This document shows, piece after piece, positions 49,281 to 63,999 of a stretch of 64,000 nucleotides of DNA. The position numbers and the translations under genes are program-made. Each line of letters begins with the position of its first letter. Within the stretch, counting starts at the first letter, position 1. The stretch is from the human T2T-CHM13v2.0 reference genome, Homo sapiens. The stretch lies in the NCBI RefSeq assembly GCF_009914755.1, contig NC_060925.1; one strand, written 5' to 3'. The notes beneath the pieces are model-generated. The model worked only from the letters and a program-made list of their open reading frames with translations. It had not been told where the DNA came from and made no database searches.

Positions 49281-50029
49281 TATTACCTGATAGTAAAAGC
49301 TAAAAGAATAAAACTCATAACATAATTCAAGGAAAAAACAAAAGGAATGCCCAGAGAGAAAGGACTGATCCCTCCTAATAACCTTATATCTCATTATAGA
49401 CAAACTTCTGTACAAGGGCTGAAGACAGGACAAGATGTGCTGATGTATAAAAAGTCTAAATCTGCAGCATAATCGTGAAGAGATGAGGAAAGCCACGTAC
49501 TCAGAGCCTCACTTAAAGGAAATGAAACAGTAAAACTGAATCAGATTTGGCTCTTCACTTCTGCCTTCAGTGCTGTCCAGACTCAGACATTATATCAGTA
49601 GGTTTCAGTTTTACTAACCAATAAGTTCTTTGTGTACTTAAAGTTGGTTGTTTTTTAATGGGGATGTGGAATGGAGGGGTAAATATTTTGTGTTTTTTAA
49701 TGAGGAATCCCAAACACTAGAGTTTTTTCTTTATATTGCAAAGGCACTGATGCCCCTTCTCACAAAATATTTCATGCTTCAGTATTGGCCTAAAGTTGAC
49801 TATCTTTATATAAATTAAAATCTTCTCATGTTTTAGTGGTGTTTTAGAAGATCTTGACATGTTACTTTTTGAATTAAAGTGAAACGCATAGCATATGGAC
49901 TCAACAAAACCATTCTCTGTGAATAAAATGTGTCACATTCTATAATAAAACTATATATAGCATGTTATTCCATATTCTGTATGATTAATTTTAGAGATTA
50001 TATCTTGAATTCTGCTATCAATCTACAAT

Positions 50030-53000
50030 ATTTATTCATTCATTCAACAAATATTTGTTAAGAACTACTATGTGTCAAGTACCTAGTTTGCAACAGTGAA
50101 TAAACAGATATTCTTGAGTTTGTGAAGTTTATTATATTCAAGAGACAGAAATATAGATAGTACACAATTAACATAACACCTAAGAAAAGAATTTAATATG
50201 TAATAAGATCATAAGTACAATGAGAAAAAATGCATCACAGTAAGGAGACTGGGGAGAGTTTGCAATGTGAATCATGTGGTCAGAGTGAGTCTCATTGAAA
50301 AGTTAACATTAGAACAAAGACTGGGAGAAGACGCAGTTGTGAGTCATCTGTGTTCTGCAGCGGGAACGGCAAGTACAAAGGCTCTGAGGAAGGAGGGCGC
50401 CTGGAGTGTTTGCAGCAGTGTGAGGAGGTCAGCTTAAAAGTAGAAATGAGAAGAAGAATAGATGATAGGATCAGCTGGCTATGCAATTTGCAGTGCAAAA
50501 TAAATTTGTGGGGACTCTTGTTAAAATTTCTTTCTCTTTTTTTATTATACTTTAAGTTCTGGGGTACGTGTGCACAACATGCAGGTTTGTTACATAGGTA
50601 TACATGTGCCGTGTTGGTTTGCTGCACCCATCAACTCATCATTTACATTAGGTATTTCTCCTAATGCTATCCCTCCCCCAGGCCCCCACCTCCCAACAGG
50701 CCCCAGTGTGTGATGTTCCCCTCCTTGTGTCCATGTGTTCTCATTGTTCAACTCCCACTTATGAGTGAGAACATGCAGTATTTGGTTTTCTGTCCTTGTG
50801 ATAGTTTGCTGAGAATGATGGTTTCCAGTTTCATCCATGTCCCTGGAAAGGACATGAACTCATCCTTTTTTATGGTTGCATAGTATTCCATGGTGTATAT
50901 GTGCCACATTTTCTTAATCCAGTCTATCATTGATGGACATTTGGCTTGGTTCCAAGTCTTTGCTATTGCGAATAGTGCCACAATAAACATACGTGTGCAT
51001 GTGTCTTTATAGCAGCATGATTTATAATCCTTTGGGTATATGCCCAGTAATAGGATGGCTGGGTCAAATGGTATTTCTAGTTCTAGATCCTTGAGGAATT
51101 GCCACACTGTCTTCCACAATGGTTGAACTAGTTTACAATCCAACCAACAGTGTAAGAGTGTTCCTATTTCTCCACATCCTCTCCAGTACCTGTTGTTTCC
51201 TGACTTTTTGATGATCACCATTCTAACTGGGGTGAGATGGTATCTCATTGTGGTTTTGATTTGCATTTCTCTGATGGCCAGTGATGACGAGCATTTTTTC
51301 ATGTGTCTGTTGGCTGCATAAATGTCTTCTTTTGAGAAGTGTCTGTTCATATCCTTCTCCCACTTGTTGATGGGGTTGTTTGTTTTTTTCTTGTAAATTT
51401 GTTTGAGTTCTTTGTAGATTCTGGATATTAGCCCTTTGTCAGATGAGTAGATTGCAAAAATTTTCTCCCATTCTGTAGGTTGCCTGTTCACTCTGAGGAT
51501 AGTTTCTTTTGCTGTGCAGAAGCTCTTTAGTTTAATGAGATCCCAATTGTCAATTTTGTCTTTTGTTGCCATTGCTTTTGGTGTTTTAGACATGAAGCCC
51601 TTGCCCATGCCTATGTCCTGAATGGTATTGCCTAGGTTTTCTTCTAGGGTTTTTACGGTTTTAGGTCTAACATTTAAGTCTTTAATCCATCTTGAATTAA
51701 TTTTTGTATAAGGTGTAAGGAAGGGATCCAGTTTCAGCTTTCTACTTATGGCTAGCCAGTTTTCCCAGCACCATTTATTAAATAGGGAATCCTTTCCCCA
51801 TTTCTTGTTTTTGTCAGGTTTGTCAAAGATCAGATGGTTGTAGATGTGTGGTATTATTTCTGAGGGCTCTGTTCTGCTCCATTTGTCTATATCTCTGTTT
51901 TGGTACCAGTATCATGCTGTTTTGGTTACTATAGCTTTGTAGTATAGTTTGAAGTCAGGGAGCGTGATGCATCCAGCTTTGTTCTTTTGACTTAGGATTG
52001 TCTTGGCAATGCAGGCCCTTTTCTGGTTCCATATGAACTTTAAAGTAGTTTTTCCAATTCTGTGAAGAAAGTCATTGGTAGTTTGATGGGGATTGCATTG
52101 AATCTGTAAATTACCTTGGGCAGTATGGCCATTTTCACGATATTGCTTGTGTCGGTTTTCAAAGGGAACGCTTCTAGTTTTTGCCCATTCAGTATGATAT
52201 TGGCTGTGGGTTTGTCATAAATATCTCTTATTATGTTGAGATACGTTCCATCAATACCTAGTTTATGGAGAGTTTTTAGCATAAAGGCTGTTGAATTTTG
52301 TCGAAAGCCTTTTCTGCATCTATTGAGATACTCATGTGGTTTTTGTCGTTGGTTCTGTTTATGTGAGGGATTACATTTATTGATTTGTGTATGTTGAACC
52401 AGCCTTGCATCCCAGGGATGAAGCCAACTTGATTGTGGTGGATTAGCTTTTTGATGTGCTGCTGGATTTGGTTTGGCCTTTGTTAAAATTTCTTAAGAAT
52501 TTCATGGCAACTAAAGCAGAACCTTAAATCATGCATAAGCCCAAACATTCTCAGCACAGGGCCCTGAGTGGCTGCACAGGTCACACACCAAAAAAGCAGG
52601 CTTTGGTAGGAAATAAGGTCAGGTCAAACAGGTAAGAAAGTAGGAGAATATATTTTGAAGGGCCTTCTAAACTCTTGTAAGAAATTTGACTTTCACTCTG
52701 AGATAAATGAGACATAACTGGAAAGATCTGAGCAATTTCAAGTATAGGATCTGTGTTGAAATTAGTTTAGGAGCCCAAAGTGGAAGCAGGAGACCACTTG
52801 GAAAACTACTGCAATAATCCAGGTAAAAGATGATGGTGGCTTGGCTCAAATGGTGAGAAGTTGCAGACTCTGGAACTCACAAGATTGGTGATGGGTTTTA
52901 TTAAGGGAGAAGAGAAATTTCAAGAGGAATAAAGAATGACTCCAAGGTTTTTGACCTGAGGACCTGAAAAACTGGTGTTGCCATGGACTTAGATAAGAAA

Positions 53001-53180
53001 GTGTGGGAGAGAGTCCAAAAGGGGCAGTGGTGGAGGGGGAGGGTCAGGAGTTCAATTCTCAACACAAGAGTTTGAGATGCTAAGACACTCAAGTGGAGAC
53101 TGAGTTGGCAGTTGGACACATGAGTCCAGTGTTCAGGGGAGTGGTCAGGCTGAACATATAAATTTAAAAGTAATCAGGAA
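50030..53180 (-). mobile_element. L2 fragments flanking an L1PA insertion
   Basis: ttcattcattcaacaaatatttg...; gaatgactccaaggtttttgacctgag. Confidence 0.65.
50533..52479 (-). mobile_element. L1PA6/7-like, 5'-truncated, with an internal ORF2 deletion
   Basis: 286-aa ORF2 C-terminus; TSD ttgttaaaatttctt at 50518-50532 and 52480-52494; deletion junction 52145/52146. Confidence 0.93.
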
Positions 53181-55067
53181 AGCCTTTTTTCTTCAGTGCA
53201 GCAAAAAGTAGAGTTCTCAACACATCTAGATTCTTCAGAAGTTCTAGGCTAATCAGAATTATTTGTATACCCCATTGCTCTTGGCTAATGACACCTGTAC
53301 TAAAATTTTTACATCCTACTCCATTCATCTTTTATTAAAAAGTCCTTTTTTCTCTATTATTTAACAGTATGCCTTGGCTGTAACTGAACACCAAGGTGTT
53401 TAAAATGTGACTAAGAAGTTGAGGAAATCTGTTTGTAAATATCATAATTAGATTTCTCTACCAGCAGTAGACTTTTCTATTTGATTTTGGAACAGACTAT
53501 TGATTTTTTGCAATCTCCAGACTGGCCTTTTGGTTACATAAATGTAAAGAAAATATCCGTCTATAAAATCTATGATATCATCATTAATCTAAATGCAGAT
53601 AAATATTCTGGATAATAATAAACATTCTGGTTTAGGAATGTAAACTAGTAGGTTGAGCTAAGGCTGCATATTATTTTTGTCAGTAGGGAAAAAGAACAGT
53701 TATCCAGGGGTGAGAAGAACTAGCAATGTGTCTGGACTTCTTCCTGCACCTGGTCAAAGAGTTGGGGGTATTTTTTGTTAGTTTTAGGAGTTGCTAAAAC
53801 ATGAAACAGAGGGGCTGCCTTTGCAAAGACGTTAGGAATCTCTAGGTACACACAATGCTGTGTAAGGGTCTGACTATCTCAAAGAAATTACAGAGAAGAA
53901 TGTTTTTCCTGGCTCTGTTCAGAACCTGATCCACAATGCCAGTGTATCTGACAGTGGCAGCTCTGAGAGAATCTGGCAGAGAGTGCTTCCTTAGCAGGAT
54001 CCTGGTCAACCGGTCAACCAAGAGGCCCAGGAGAGGTGCCTTCAAGGTGCATGAGGTAGTAAACACCAGCCAGCTGGAGCAGTATAGGAAAGAGTAGGGA
54101 ATGAGGGGCCCCATGGTGAATGCATGTGAGGCACCCTCTGAAGAGCCCAGAAATAAACTTGGAAATGTTTTGCAAGGAGAGGATTGCTATTCAGTAATTA
54201 CTTCCTTGGAAAGTTGTAGCGTGATAGAGGGTCAGGGTTACTGTAATTTAGTTTACTGATGTATGATGCCATTTTTACCCTCAGTTTGGTAACAGCTGGA
54301 TGTACACATGTATACTAGTTCTAGTTAGGCACCGAGATATTTGTCAGCTGTTTTCTTTGAAACTAGGTTTCTTTCAATATGGCCCATTGGCTAAGGCCAA
54401 GTAATATAGTCCAGTCTATTTCTCTAAGCTGAGTGAACTGCTTTCTATATTCTTTCCAGTCTTCTGCCAGGTCCCCTTTTTCCTGCCATCTGTCACAATG
54501 AGAGAGATTGATAGGAAAAGAGTTTTTGTGATTAAAATTCAAAACGAATACAGATTTCCATTGCTTATTATAATTAGAAGTACAGTGATATCTAACCATG
54601 TAACGACATTATATACCTCACCCCACTCTCATACTCCAACAAGAAGATGAAAACCCAGACATGTTACTAGTTAATAACTCAGCATAATATGAGTTATAAT
54701 AATGTACACAGTGCTTACAACTTAAATGTGAACTAGAACTTTTTTTCCTATAATTTGCTTTCAACTTATTCTCGAGTTTGAAGATGACCTCTCTTTGGGG
54801 GTTTATGAATGGGTGGAGAAAGGTAAATTGATCCTCACACACAAACAGAAGAATTATGTCTCCTTTTCATGTCTTTAAATATACAAGTATGTCCTATAGT
54901 TTCAAACCAGGTATAACATGACTAATTTTTTTTGTTTTTTAATAAACTTCTTTTTTTAAAAAAATGAAGAAAGCATTTAGTTTTCTAATCTTTAAAGAAG
55001 TAAAACACTTTAGAATTATATCACATACATATGAGGTAATTTATTTATTCTGATTATTCATATAAAA

Positions 55068-55285
55068 TAGAGTTTTTCAACCCCAGTGCTGTTGACATTG
55101 AGGCTGTATGAGTTTTTGTTGTGGGAGGCTATCCAGTGCACCGTGGCATGTTTATCATTATCCCTGGTCTCTAACCACTAGATGCCAATAGCACTTTCCT
55201 ACCTCACCACCCCAAGTCATTAAAATAAACAGTGTCTTCTGAAGTTGTGACATATCCCCTGGGGGTGCCCTAGTTGAGAACCATT
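55068..55285. mobile_element. MER20 hAT DNA transposon
   Basis: tttttcaaccccagtgctgttgacatt...ccactagatgccaatagcac...gttgagaacca. Confidence 0.8.
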
Positions 55286-56286
55286 CATAAAGAATCTATT
55301 ACTTTACAGCATGTAAGAGAGAAATAAATTCATTTTCATAATATATTTTATTATTCAATCATCTCAAGCAACCATTTGAAGTCTTCAACCAAAGGAAGAC
55401 AACAGAGTTTTGCCAAACAGATAATGCAAGACATCATATTTCCCCAAAATTATTAAATGAAACCATGTACACTATCATTTGATGAAGCATAGAAAATATC
55501 AGTTACCTCTGTGTCATATTCATGCTACTCATAGATGACAGAGTTGACTAATCAATTTCCTTCAGAAATTCAACAACAGCAAGTATCAGGTGATTTTTGT
55601 CCACTCAGTAGAGTCTATGTCTCATTAAGCTGGGCAACGGGCAGAAAGATTACAGATCGGTACTGGAGAACTCTGTTGGTTTTTAATCTGTTTACAGATA
55701 ACAGCTTTTACCTTTGTGCGCACTTCTAATACTAGTATCTTTTAATACAATTATCTTTCATGTCAGGCATTTTTTAAAGTTATATGTTGATTGTGTAGAT
55801 TTCCATTTCAAAGGGGAAAAGCAACGGTTAGAAACTTCTGAATGGAACATAAACAAAACCAAGCATTTTTTCATATTGGTCCATTACACTCCCATCTCTT
55901 GCTTGATGCTTGAAGAAAAACTCAGTCGCACAGGCTTCATGCATATAAAGCATTTCTTATGTGGAATATATGAAGAGAAACTCAATAGCAAAACTTACTT
56001 TCAAGACTAGATGAATGAGCCACTTATTTCAAAAAATATATAAAAGATACTACCAAGGAAGTCACAGAATTTGATTTGTTCTATGAGTTTACTATGTTTA
56101 CTCTTGATTGTATTTGAACTTTAATCCTGTCTTGCTGACTTTCTTCCACTGTACACCAAGAGCCTCACAAAGAAAGGAAAATTGGAAGGTTTGATGATGT
56201 AAAACCTGAGACATTTAACAGATATTTTTAAACTTCCCCTACTTATTCTACTTTTTTTCTTTTTTTGTTCACTTTGCCCACCTCAA

Positions 56287-57744
56287 TTTATTTATTTATT
56301 TTTATTATTATACTTTAAGTTCTGGCGTACATGTGCAGAATGTACAGTTTTGTTACAAAGGTATACACATGCCATGGTGATTTGCTGCTCCCATCAGTCC
56401 ATCACCTACATTAGGTATTTCTCCTAATGTTATTCCTCCACTAGCCCCCACCCCTTGACAGGCCCCAGTGTGTCATGTTCCCTGCCCTACGTCCGTGTGT
56501 TCTCATTGTTCAACTCCCACTTATGAGTGAGAACAGGCAGTGTTTGGTTTTCTGTTCTTGTTATCACAAGTTTGTTGAGAATGATGGTTTCCAGCTTCAT
56601 CCATGTCCCTGCAAAGGACATGAACTCACCCTTTTTTATGGCTGCATAGTATTACATGGTGTATATGTGCCACATTTTCTTTATCTAGTCTATTATTGGT
56701 GGACATTTGGGTTAGTTCCAACTCTTTGCTATTCTGAATAGTTTTGCAATAAACATACATGTACATGTGTCTTTATAGTAGAATGATTTATAATCATTTG
56801 GGTATATATCCAGTAATGCAATAGTTGGGCCAAATGGTATTTCTAGTTCTAGATCCTTCCAAAAAAGAGCCCGCATAGCCAAGACAATCCTCGGCAAGAA
56901 GAACAAAGCTGGAGGCATCACACTACCTGACTTCAAACTATACTACAAGGCTACAGTAACCAAAACAGCATGGTACCTGTACCAAAACAGATGTATAGAC
57001 CAATGGAACAAAACAAAGGCCTCAGAAATAACACCACACATCTACAACCACCTGATCTTTGACAAACCTGACAAAAACGAGCAATGGGGAAAGGATTCTC
57101 TATTTAATAAATGGTGTTGGAAAAACCGGCTAGCCATATGCAGAAAACTGAAACTGGGCCCATTCCTTACACCTTATACAAAAATCAACTGAAGATAGAT
57201 CAAAGACTTAAACGTAAGACCTAGTACCATAAAAATCCTAGAAGAAAACCTGGGCAATACCATTCAGGACATAGGCATGGGCAAAGACTTCACATCTAAA
57301 ACACCAAAATCAATGGCAACAAAAGCCAAAATTGACAAATGAGATCTAATTAAACTAAAGAGTTTCTGCATATCAAAAGAAACTATCAGCAGAGTGAACA
57401 GGCAACCTACAGATTGGGAGAAAATTTTTGCAATCTACTCATCTGACAAAGGGCTAATATCCAGAATCTACAAAGAACTTAAACAAATTTACAAGAAAAA
57501 AAAACAAACAACCCCATCAAAAAGTGGGTAAAGGATATGAACAGACACTTCTCAAAAGAAGACATTTATGCAGCCAATAGACATATGAAAAAATGCTCAT
57601 CATCACTGGTCATTAGAAAAATCAAAACCACAATGAGATACCATCTCATGCCAGTTAGAATGGTGATCATTGAAAAGTCAGTAAACAACAGGTGCTGGAG
57701 AGGATGTGGAGAAATAGGGATGTTTTTCCACTGTTAGTGGGAGT
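56287..57744 (-). mobile_element. L1PA7/8-like, 5'-truncated with 5' inversion
   Basis: 3' end on minus strand 56287-56858; ORF2 segment on plus strand 56859-57744. Confidence 0.9.
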
Positions 57745-59789
57745 TTATCCTTTTTTTCTACACAGGGATATTCAGGTGGTGGCATATCTAAAAAACCTTA
57801 CATAAACAAAAATGTATTTTTAAAATATATTTTATGCTACTTAAATAAGAAACCAAAAAAGAAAAATGGGAAGGCGATTGTCCTCTCCTCCCAGGCAGGG
57901 TAGATAAGAAAATAGAGAGGCAACATGAAGTGGATACTTGCAACTCTTAATGAAACTGAACCAGATACTCAAGACAGATGGGCTCCCCTACATCTTGCAA
58001 AGCAAAACTTATTTGTTCCTTTTACATTTTCAATTGCTTAATTTGAATTTCTTGGTGCAGGCAAAAGGATTTGTGAGAAATGTTTTACCCTCTTTCATTA
58101 AAAAAAAAAAAAACTATTCAATAGCAACTGTCTGAAGAAGGGGAGAAAAAAGGAAAGAAAACAAGAAAAGCCACAAAGCCCAGCTGCACTTAGTTTCTGT
58201 TCACTTAGTGCAGCTTATGACGTAGGCTCGTTGTATTTTGAATTTGCACATTAAAAACATTCATTCAGAGAGGAAACTGCCTTTGGCATAACCTGCAGAA
58301 GCAAATAGCATTCACAGAACTGTTATTCAAAAAATTGTACCCAGAGAGCTATATTTCTTATTTAAATGAAACTTAAGTAGAACCAGGGAGGAGGGGGAGG
58401 TATGTTTTATGGTGGGTAACTTCTGACTTAAAATTTGAATCAGGTTTCATAAACAATTATTGGAATCTGAGAAAAAGTCAAGCATCAAACCCTGAGTAGC
58501 TGAGAGTTTGGGGGTCTCACAGCACAAAAAAAAGGGTGTTGAAAGAGGAAGCCCCGTTTTTGCTCTAAGTGACTTGCCTGATCCCGAAGTTATGTTAGCT
58601 TGTTTACCTCCAAGCACACCTTTGGAGTGAGATTTTTAAAGCAGTTCTCTTTGTAACATCAACATTACAATCTATATCCTGAAAACTACGAAGTTTTATA
58701 TTCCTCCTTCCCCTCACTAGGCCTCCCCTGGCCTGCTTGTGTATTTGCTTCTTAGGGTCTACAGGCCTCTCTCTGAACTAAAGCTCTTTTGAAGTCCCAG
58801 ACTTCCTATCTCCACCCAGGATCTAACTTAGTGTGATAAAGGATAATTTATTTATGAAAAACATTCATGCCATTCTTTTAAACTAGAAGCTTACATTTCA
58901 AGGGTATGGAAATGATTTCTAGCTGCCCTAATTTCATGGCATTGGGCTGTCGTATGTCATATACCACTGCACTGTTCATAATATTTAGACAGTTCCATAG
59001 CAACCTGTAAAATACAGCCTCCAGAGGTCTGCATTCCTCCAGCTATTCATGAAGGATTGGAGGAATTCCAGAGGAAAGAAACCACATTACAGAGCACTGG
59101 GTCTGAAATGCTCCCTTTATGGTAGCAATTGCAGGAAACCTGGAGCAAAAACATGTCTTAGGATTTGATGCAGACCTCACTACAGTTTCTAGAAGCATTC
59201 CCTTTTCACTTCTAGTTTTCTGACTTTACTTATAAGGTATCCAAAAATGGTTTGATAAAATTAGACTGCTTTATAGCTTATCTTTTTTTCCTTTCCAGGG
59301 TGGACAAATAAATTATCAGATTTTTATTACTTAAAATGTGTTATACAAAAATATTAGTGGGCAATACAGAAACGCAAATATATTCTAAGGCCTGGTTCTC
59401 TTTCCATTTGCTTCTTGAAATTTGCAAGTAAAATTTTCATTTTGGCCTACTTTTGAACCAGACCACAAAAACTTACTTTATTACACTATCCATTCACATT
59501 AAAATAGAATTTCTACAGTGACCAGCACAGAGATTTTAAATAAATGTGGTCGACACTCCTTAGTCACTGTTGCCATCTTCACTCTCTCCATCTCTCATTT
59601 TCATCAACCTGTAAGATAAGTCACTATCTATTTTCTATCTATATTTCATTCAAAATGTCTTATACGTTTGTAGCTCTCTATTCTCATAGGTACTACTTAT
59701 CTCCAAATTATATCTCCTCGCATAAGATTACCATAATAGTCTACCACTTTATGTCTTTTAAAATATTTCCTGTAGCACCTTATAGAACA

Positions 59790-60000
59790 CACAATATTTT
59801 ATATATTCATCACATTTGATCCTCAACCTATGTTTTAAGCAAAGCAAACATCATCCCAGCTTCACAGATAAGAAAATGGTCTCAAGAAGACTAAATGACT
59901 TTCTTAATCAATGTCATGAAGGTAGCAAGAGACAGAAACAAAACTTGAACTCAAAACCCTTGAATCTAAATCCCAGTTCCCTAAACTTAATACTGCCTTC
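59790..60000 (-). mobile_element. MIR SINE
   Basis: catttgatcctcaacc...catcccagcttcacagataagaaaatgg. Confidence 0.6.
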
Positions 60001-61347
60001 TTAAGGCCAAATAACAACAGCACAATAAAACCTGCTAAAAATTTCAACAGGTCCCTATTTATTAAACACATATGGCAACTTAGAAGTGGAGTGGCCTTAC
60101 AGAGTATGAGGTTTAACAATCCTCATTTTATATATTATAGCTCCAGAAGCTTGAGGACTGGGTGATATTTCCAACATTACAGAACCAACGATAGACCCCA
60201 CCAGTTCTTGAATCCACTGACTCCCAGCTACAGCATTTTCTGCTACACTTTTCTGTCTTACTGCCTTAAGTGACCCCCAGAATTTTTAGCTTTTGATAAC
60301 ATGTCCCAGTAACATGTCCAGCTTTAATTTTACCATCTCAAAAATGTGCCTCTGCTAAAAACAGGTTTATACATTTCACTTTCCAACAGGGGGACCACAC
60401 TGATACAACCTCTGGACAGTGGTCCACATTGCTCACCAAACCTGGAGCAATGTTCCCTTCAGTCTTTCCAAGTACAAGTCCTAGTCAAATTCTACTCCCT
60501 GCACAGAGCTGGCATCTCTGTACCTCAAGAAACCTCCCTTCTCCGACTTCTTGCAGTACTTGTAGTTTCTACCACACAGATCTCATACCTGCAAATCCCT
60601 TTGAGGTCAGTGGCCAACTGGTCCTATGTTCCTGTCTAATCTCGTTCCCATGTTCTCCTCACTGAGAACAGTTGTTATATGAAATGTTATTTCCTTTTCC
60701 TAGAATATCCTTCCACTCTCACATATTAAACTGTCTAGAATATTCCTACTCAGGCTTTGCTTCTCAGCTTAAATGCTGCTTCCTCCATGAGGCCCCTGCT
60801 GTCTCTAGGTGACATAGGAAAGCTGTTTTCTGAGTTCCTATAGCATTCTGTACATTACTCCTTCAAACCAGTTATCTGATTTATATTGAAGTTGTCTACA
60901 TGTCTGTTTCCTCACTAAAGATTCCTTGTCATAGACACAGTCATCAGCTTTTCTTATGTACTAAGTACTATTCCCACGACAAAACTGGCACGTGATATTT
61001 GTTAAATAAATCCAAAAATGAAATATTTATTTGCATAATAATGAAGACATTCTGTGTTACTTTAAGCTCAATAAATAAATACGGAGTTGGAAGCTTAGAG
61101 GGAAAATGTTTATCAAGAAAGCAGATATTGACTCTCATTGGCCTAGACCTAATTCCTATAGCAAACAATAAAGCAATGTTGGAGAAAGACAAAGTAGCAA
61201 TTTATTTAGCTATTATTGTTCTTTCAGGGGTCACGGCCTTATACTTAGAGGTAAGTTCTTATATTCCACTATTTTCTAGAATTGGAGCGACTTATCCTTA
61301 TAATAGAACTGTATTGAACATTTTGCTATTCCTTTAGCTCACCAAAC

Positions 61348-61662
61348 TTTTTTTTATTCTTTATTTTTTATTTTTCTTGTGATAGGGTCTCACTCTATTT
61401 GTCCAGGCTACTGCAGTGCGGTGGCATAGGGTTCGCTGTAACCTGGAACTCCTGGGCCCAAGCAATCCTCCCGCCTCAGCTTCCCAAGTAGCTAGGATTA
61501 TAGGCGCATGCCACCATGCCCAGCTAATTTTTAAAAAATTGTTTTAGAAGTAGGGTCTTGCTACATTGAGCAGGTTGGTCTTGAACTCCTGGCTTCATGT
61601 GATCCTCCTGTCTCAGCCTCCCAAGGCACTGGGATTACAGGAGTGAGCCACTGCACCCAGTC
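61348..61662 (-). mobile_element. AluJ-like
   Basis: gatagggtctcactc...; TSD caccaaacttt. Confidence 0.87.
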
Positions 61663-62682
61663 ATAGCCCACCAAACTTTCTTAAACCTGTATTTTCAAAT
61701 AGACTGTGTCCTCTATCTAAGAGGATGCCCCCAACACACTCCTTATTGGACAACCTCATATTCATCTTTTCATAGACAATATAAGGGCCATGTTTATGAC
61801 CACTTTTCTGATTCCTTCTAGAGATAAATTCTTTCATGCTTCCAAAACCCTGCATGCACAGTTTTAGTACAGCACTTAACTTTATTTATTTACAACAAGT
61901 AAATCCTCTTTTTTCCCCTGTGTAGACTGTGACTACATAAAAGCATGGAGTTCACCTATTTCATGTATAATTTTTAAAGCTCAGCAATGTTTAGCACTTT
62001 TCATGGAACAAGCATGTATTCATACATTTAAAAGATGAAGAGGAGAAAAGGAGGGGAGGAAAATGAAAAGACATGAAGATACTTGAGTAGCTAGTATTCT
62101 GATGCAAGTTAGTTTCTGTTTATTAGAAGATTTGGAAGCAAGCAGCAAGGTCAAAGCTATCTTCTTATTTCTGTTTGCATGTAAAGTTGTGGAAACATAA
62201 GGTGTTTCTAGAGTAAACTGCCGGCACCTATTCCACAGGTTCTTGGGTGTCAAGAGTCAATACCTAGCTTGTAGCTATGAGAATCCACTTTCGGGTGTTA
62301 TTAGTGTTGGAAGGCAGTTGCAATGGTAGCAGTGCCCCACTTCTTAATTCCAGCATTCTAACGACTGCATAGCAGCTCCAGGAATTGTTCCTAAACTTAC
62401 AGCTTTAGTGAAGACCTCAGAGGCAGTAGCTTCCTAGTGGAGTCAATCTGGGGTCAGTCCTGAACACCCAGCCTACTATCCTCTCCTTTAACATTTCAAT
62501 AATTGTTTAAGTACATCATGTCCCGTATTTTTAAAATCCTTCTTGCTTAAAATACCTATAGTGGTAATTTCTGTTTCCGTTAGTGCATCCTGACAAAATA
62601 AGAGGGAACAAAGGGAAGGAGAGGAGAGAAAAGAGAGAAAAAGAAGTCTCGGCATATAACAACTTAATTTCAATCCCTGCAC

Positions 62683-63219
62683 TGAGAGACCTGACCCACA
62701 GTAGCTAGTATGGTTTCTAAGCGGCCTAAGTTCACACCCCTGGTATGACCCAACCATCTCATGAATTTCTGCCTTCAAAAGCTCATGGGTGTCAAAAGCA
62801 TTTCCTGTTTGTTCTGGCTAATACCTGATGATAGGCCCCTGATATTTCCTTCTCAGTGCACTTATTAAAAAAGGATTATAATTGTGAATCCTGTCTCTTT
62901 CCCTTTGGAGATATATATGCAGCTCCTACGACTTCACTCGCTCCCTGTCCCTACTCCCTCATTTTCCCTTTAAAGCACTCAGTCACTTCTGCACAAATCA
63001 GAATGGAGTTCAGCTCTTTCTTCTTCTTTTTTTTTTTTTTTTAACTTTTTTAGAGACAGGATCTTGCTATGTTGCCCAGGTTGAGCTCAAACTCCTGGCC
63101 TCAAGCAATCCTCCTGCCTCGGCCTCCTAAAGCACTGGGATCAGTTCTTTCTCCTGTTGTCAGTCGTTTCTGAAGAAAATCTGTTTTCACTGCTGTAATG
63201 TCTGGCTTTATCTTAGACA
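62683..63219 (+). mobile_element. ERV1 LTR (MER34-family-like), interrupted by a FLAM
   Basis: tg...ca ends; cctttaaagcactcagtcac...aatggagttcagctc. Confidence 0.45.
63021..63141 (-). mobile_element. FLAM (Alu monomer)
   Basis: tagagacaggatcttgctatgttgcccagg; TSD cagctctttc/cagttctttc. Confidence 0.85.
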
Positions 63220-63609
63220 AGAGAGACTTATTCTTTCTGCTCTTTTTCTTCAACTTTTGTAGGTCAACTGATAGCCAATTAGATTATAAGAATAATTTTT
63301 TATTTCTATAAAAATATAACATTGGTTCATTTTAAACAATATAGATCATTAAATATCATAATGATTTATTATGAAACCACATTTTCTATATATCTTTTAA
63401 TGGAGAGATAGTGTTCTCTCTCCAGAATATTTAACCTGTGATTTTACCTAAAGTCTGACAGACTAAATACTTCAAGTACTACTCAGTATTATGAACCAAT
63501 CCCATAAATATTAGAACTTTCTAGTCCACATATAGTTTCAAAGTAAACACTAATAAACAACATGACTCCAAAATTCATCTGCAGAAACTACAATTTAGTG
63601 TAGGAACTA

Positions 63610-63999
<390 letters not shown>

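Noticed and set aside
53640-54340. Purine/GC-richer stretch with a 90-aa minus-strand ORF
   Set aside because: No recognisable protein or splice structure; probably an old LTR I cannot name.
58172-58205. Hairpin agctgcacttag...cttagtgcagct as a possible miRNA
   Set aside because: Stem is only ~12 bp, too short for a pre-miRNA.
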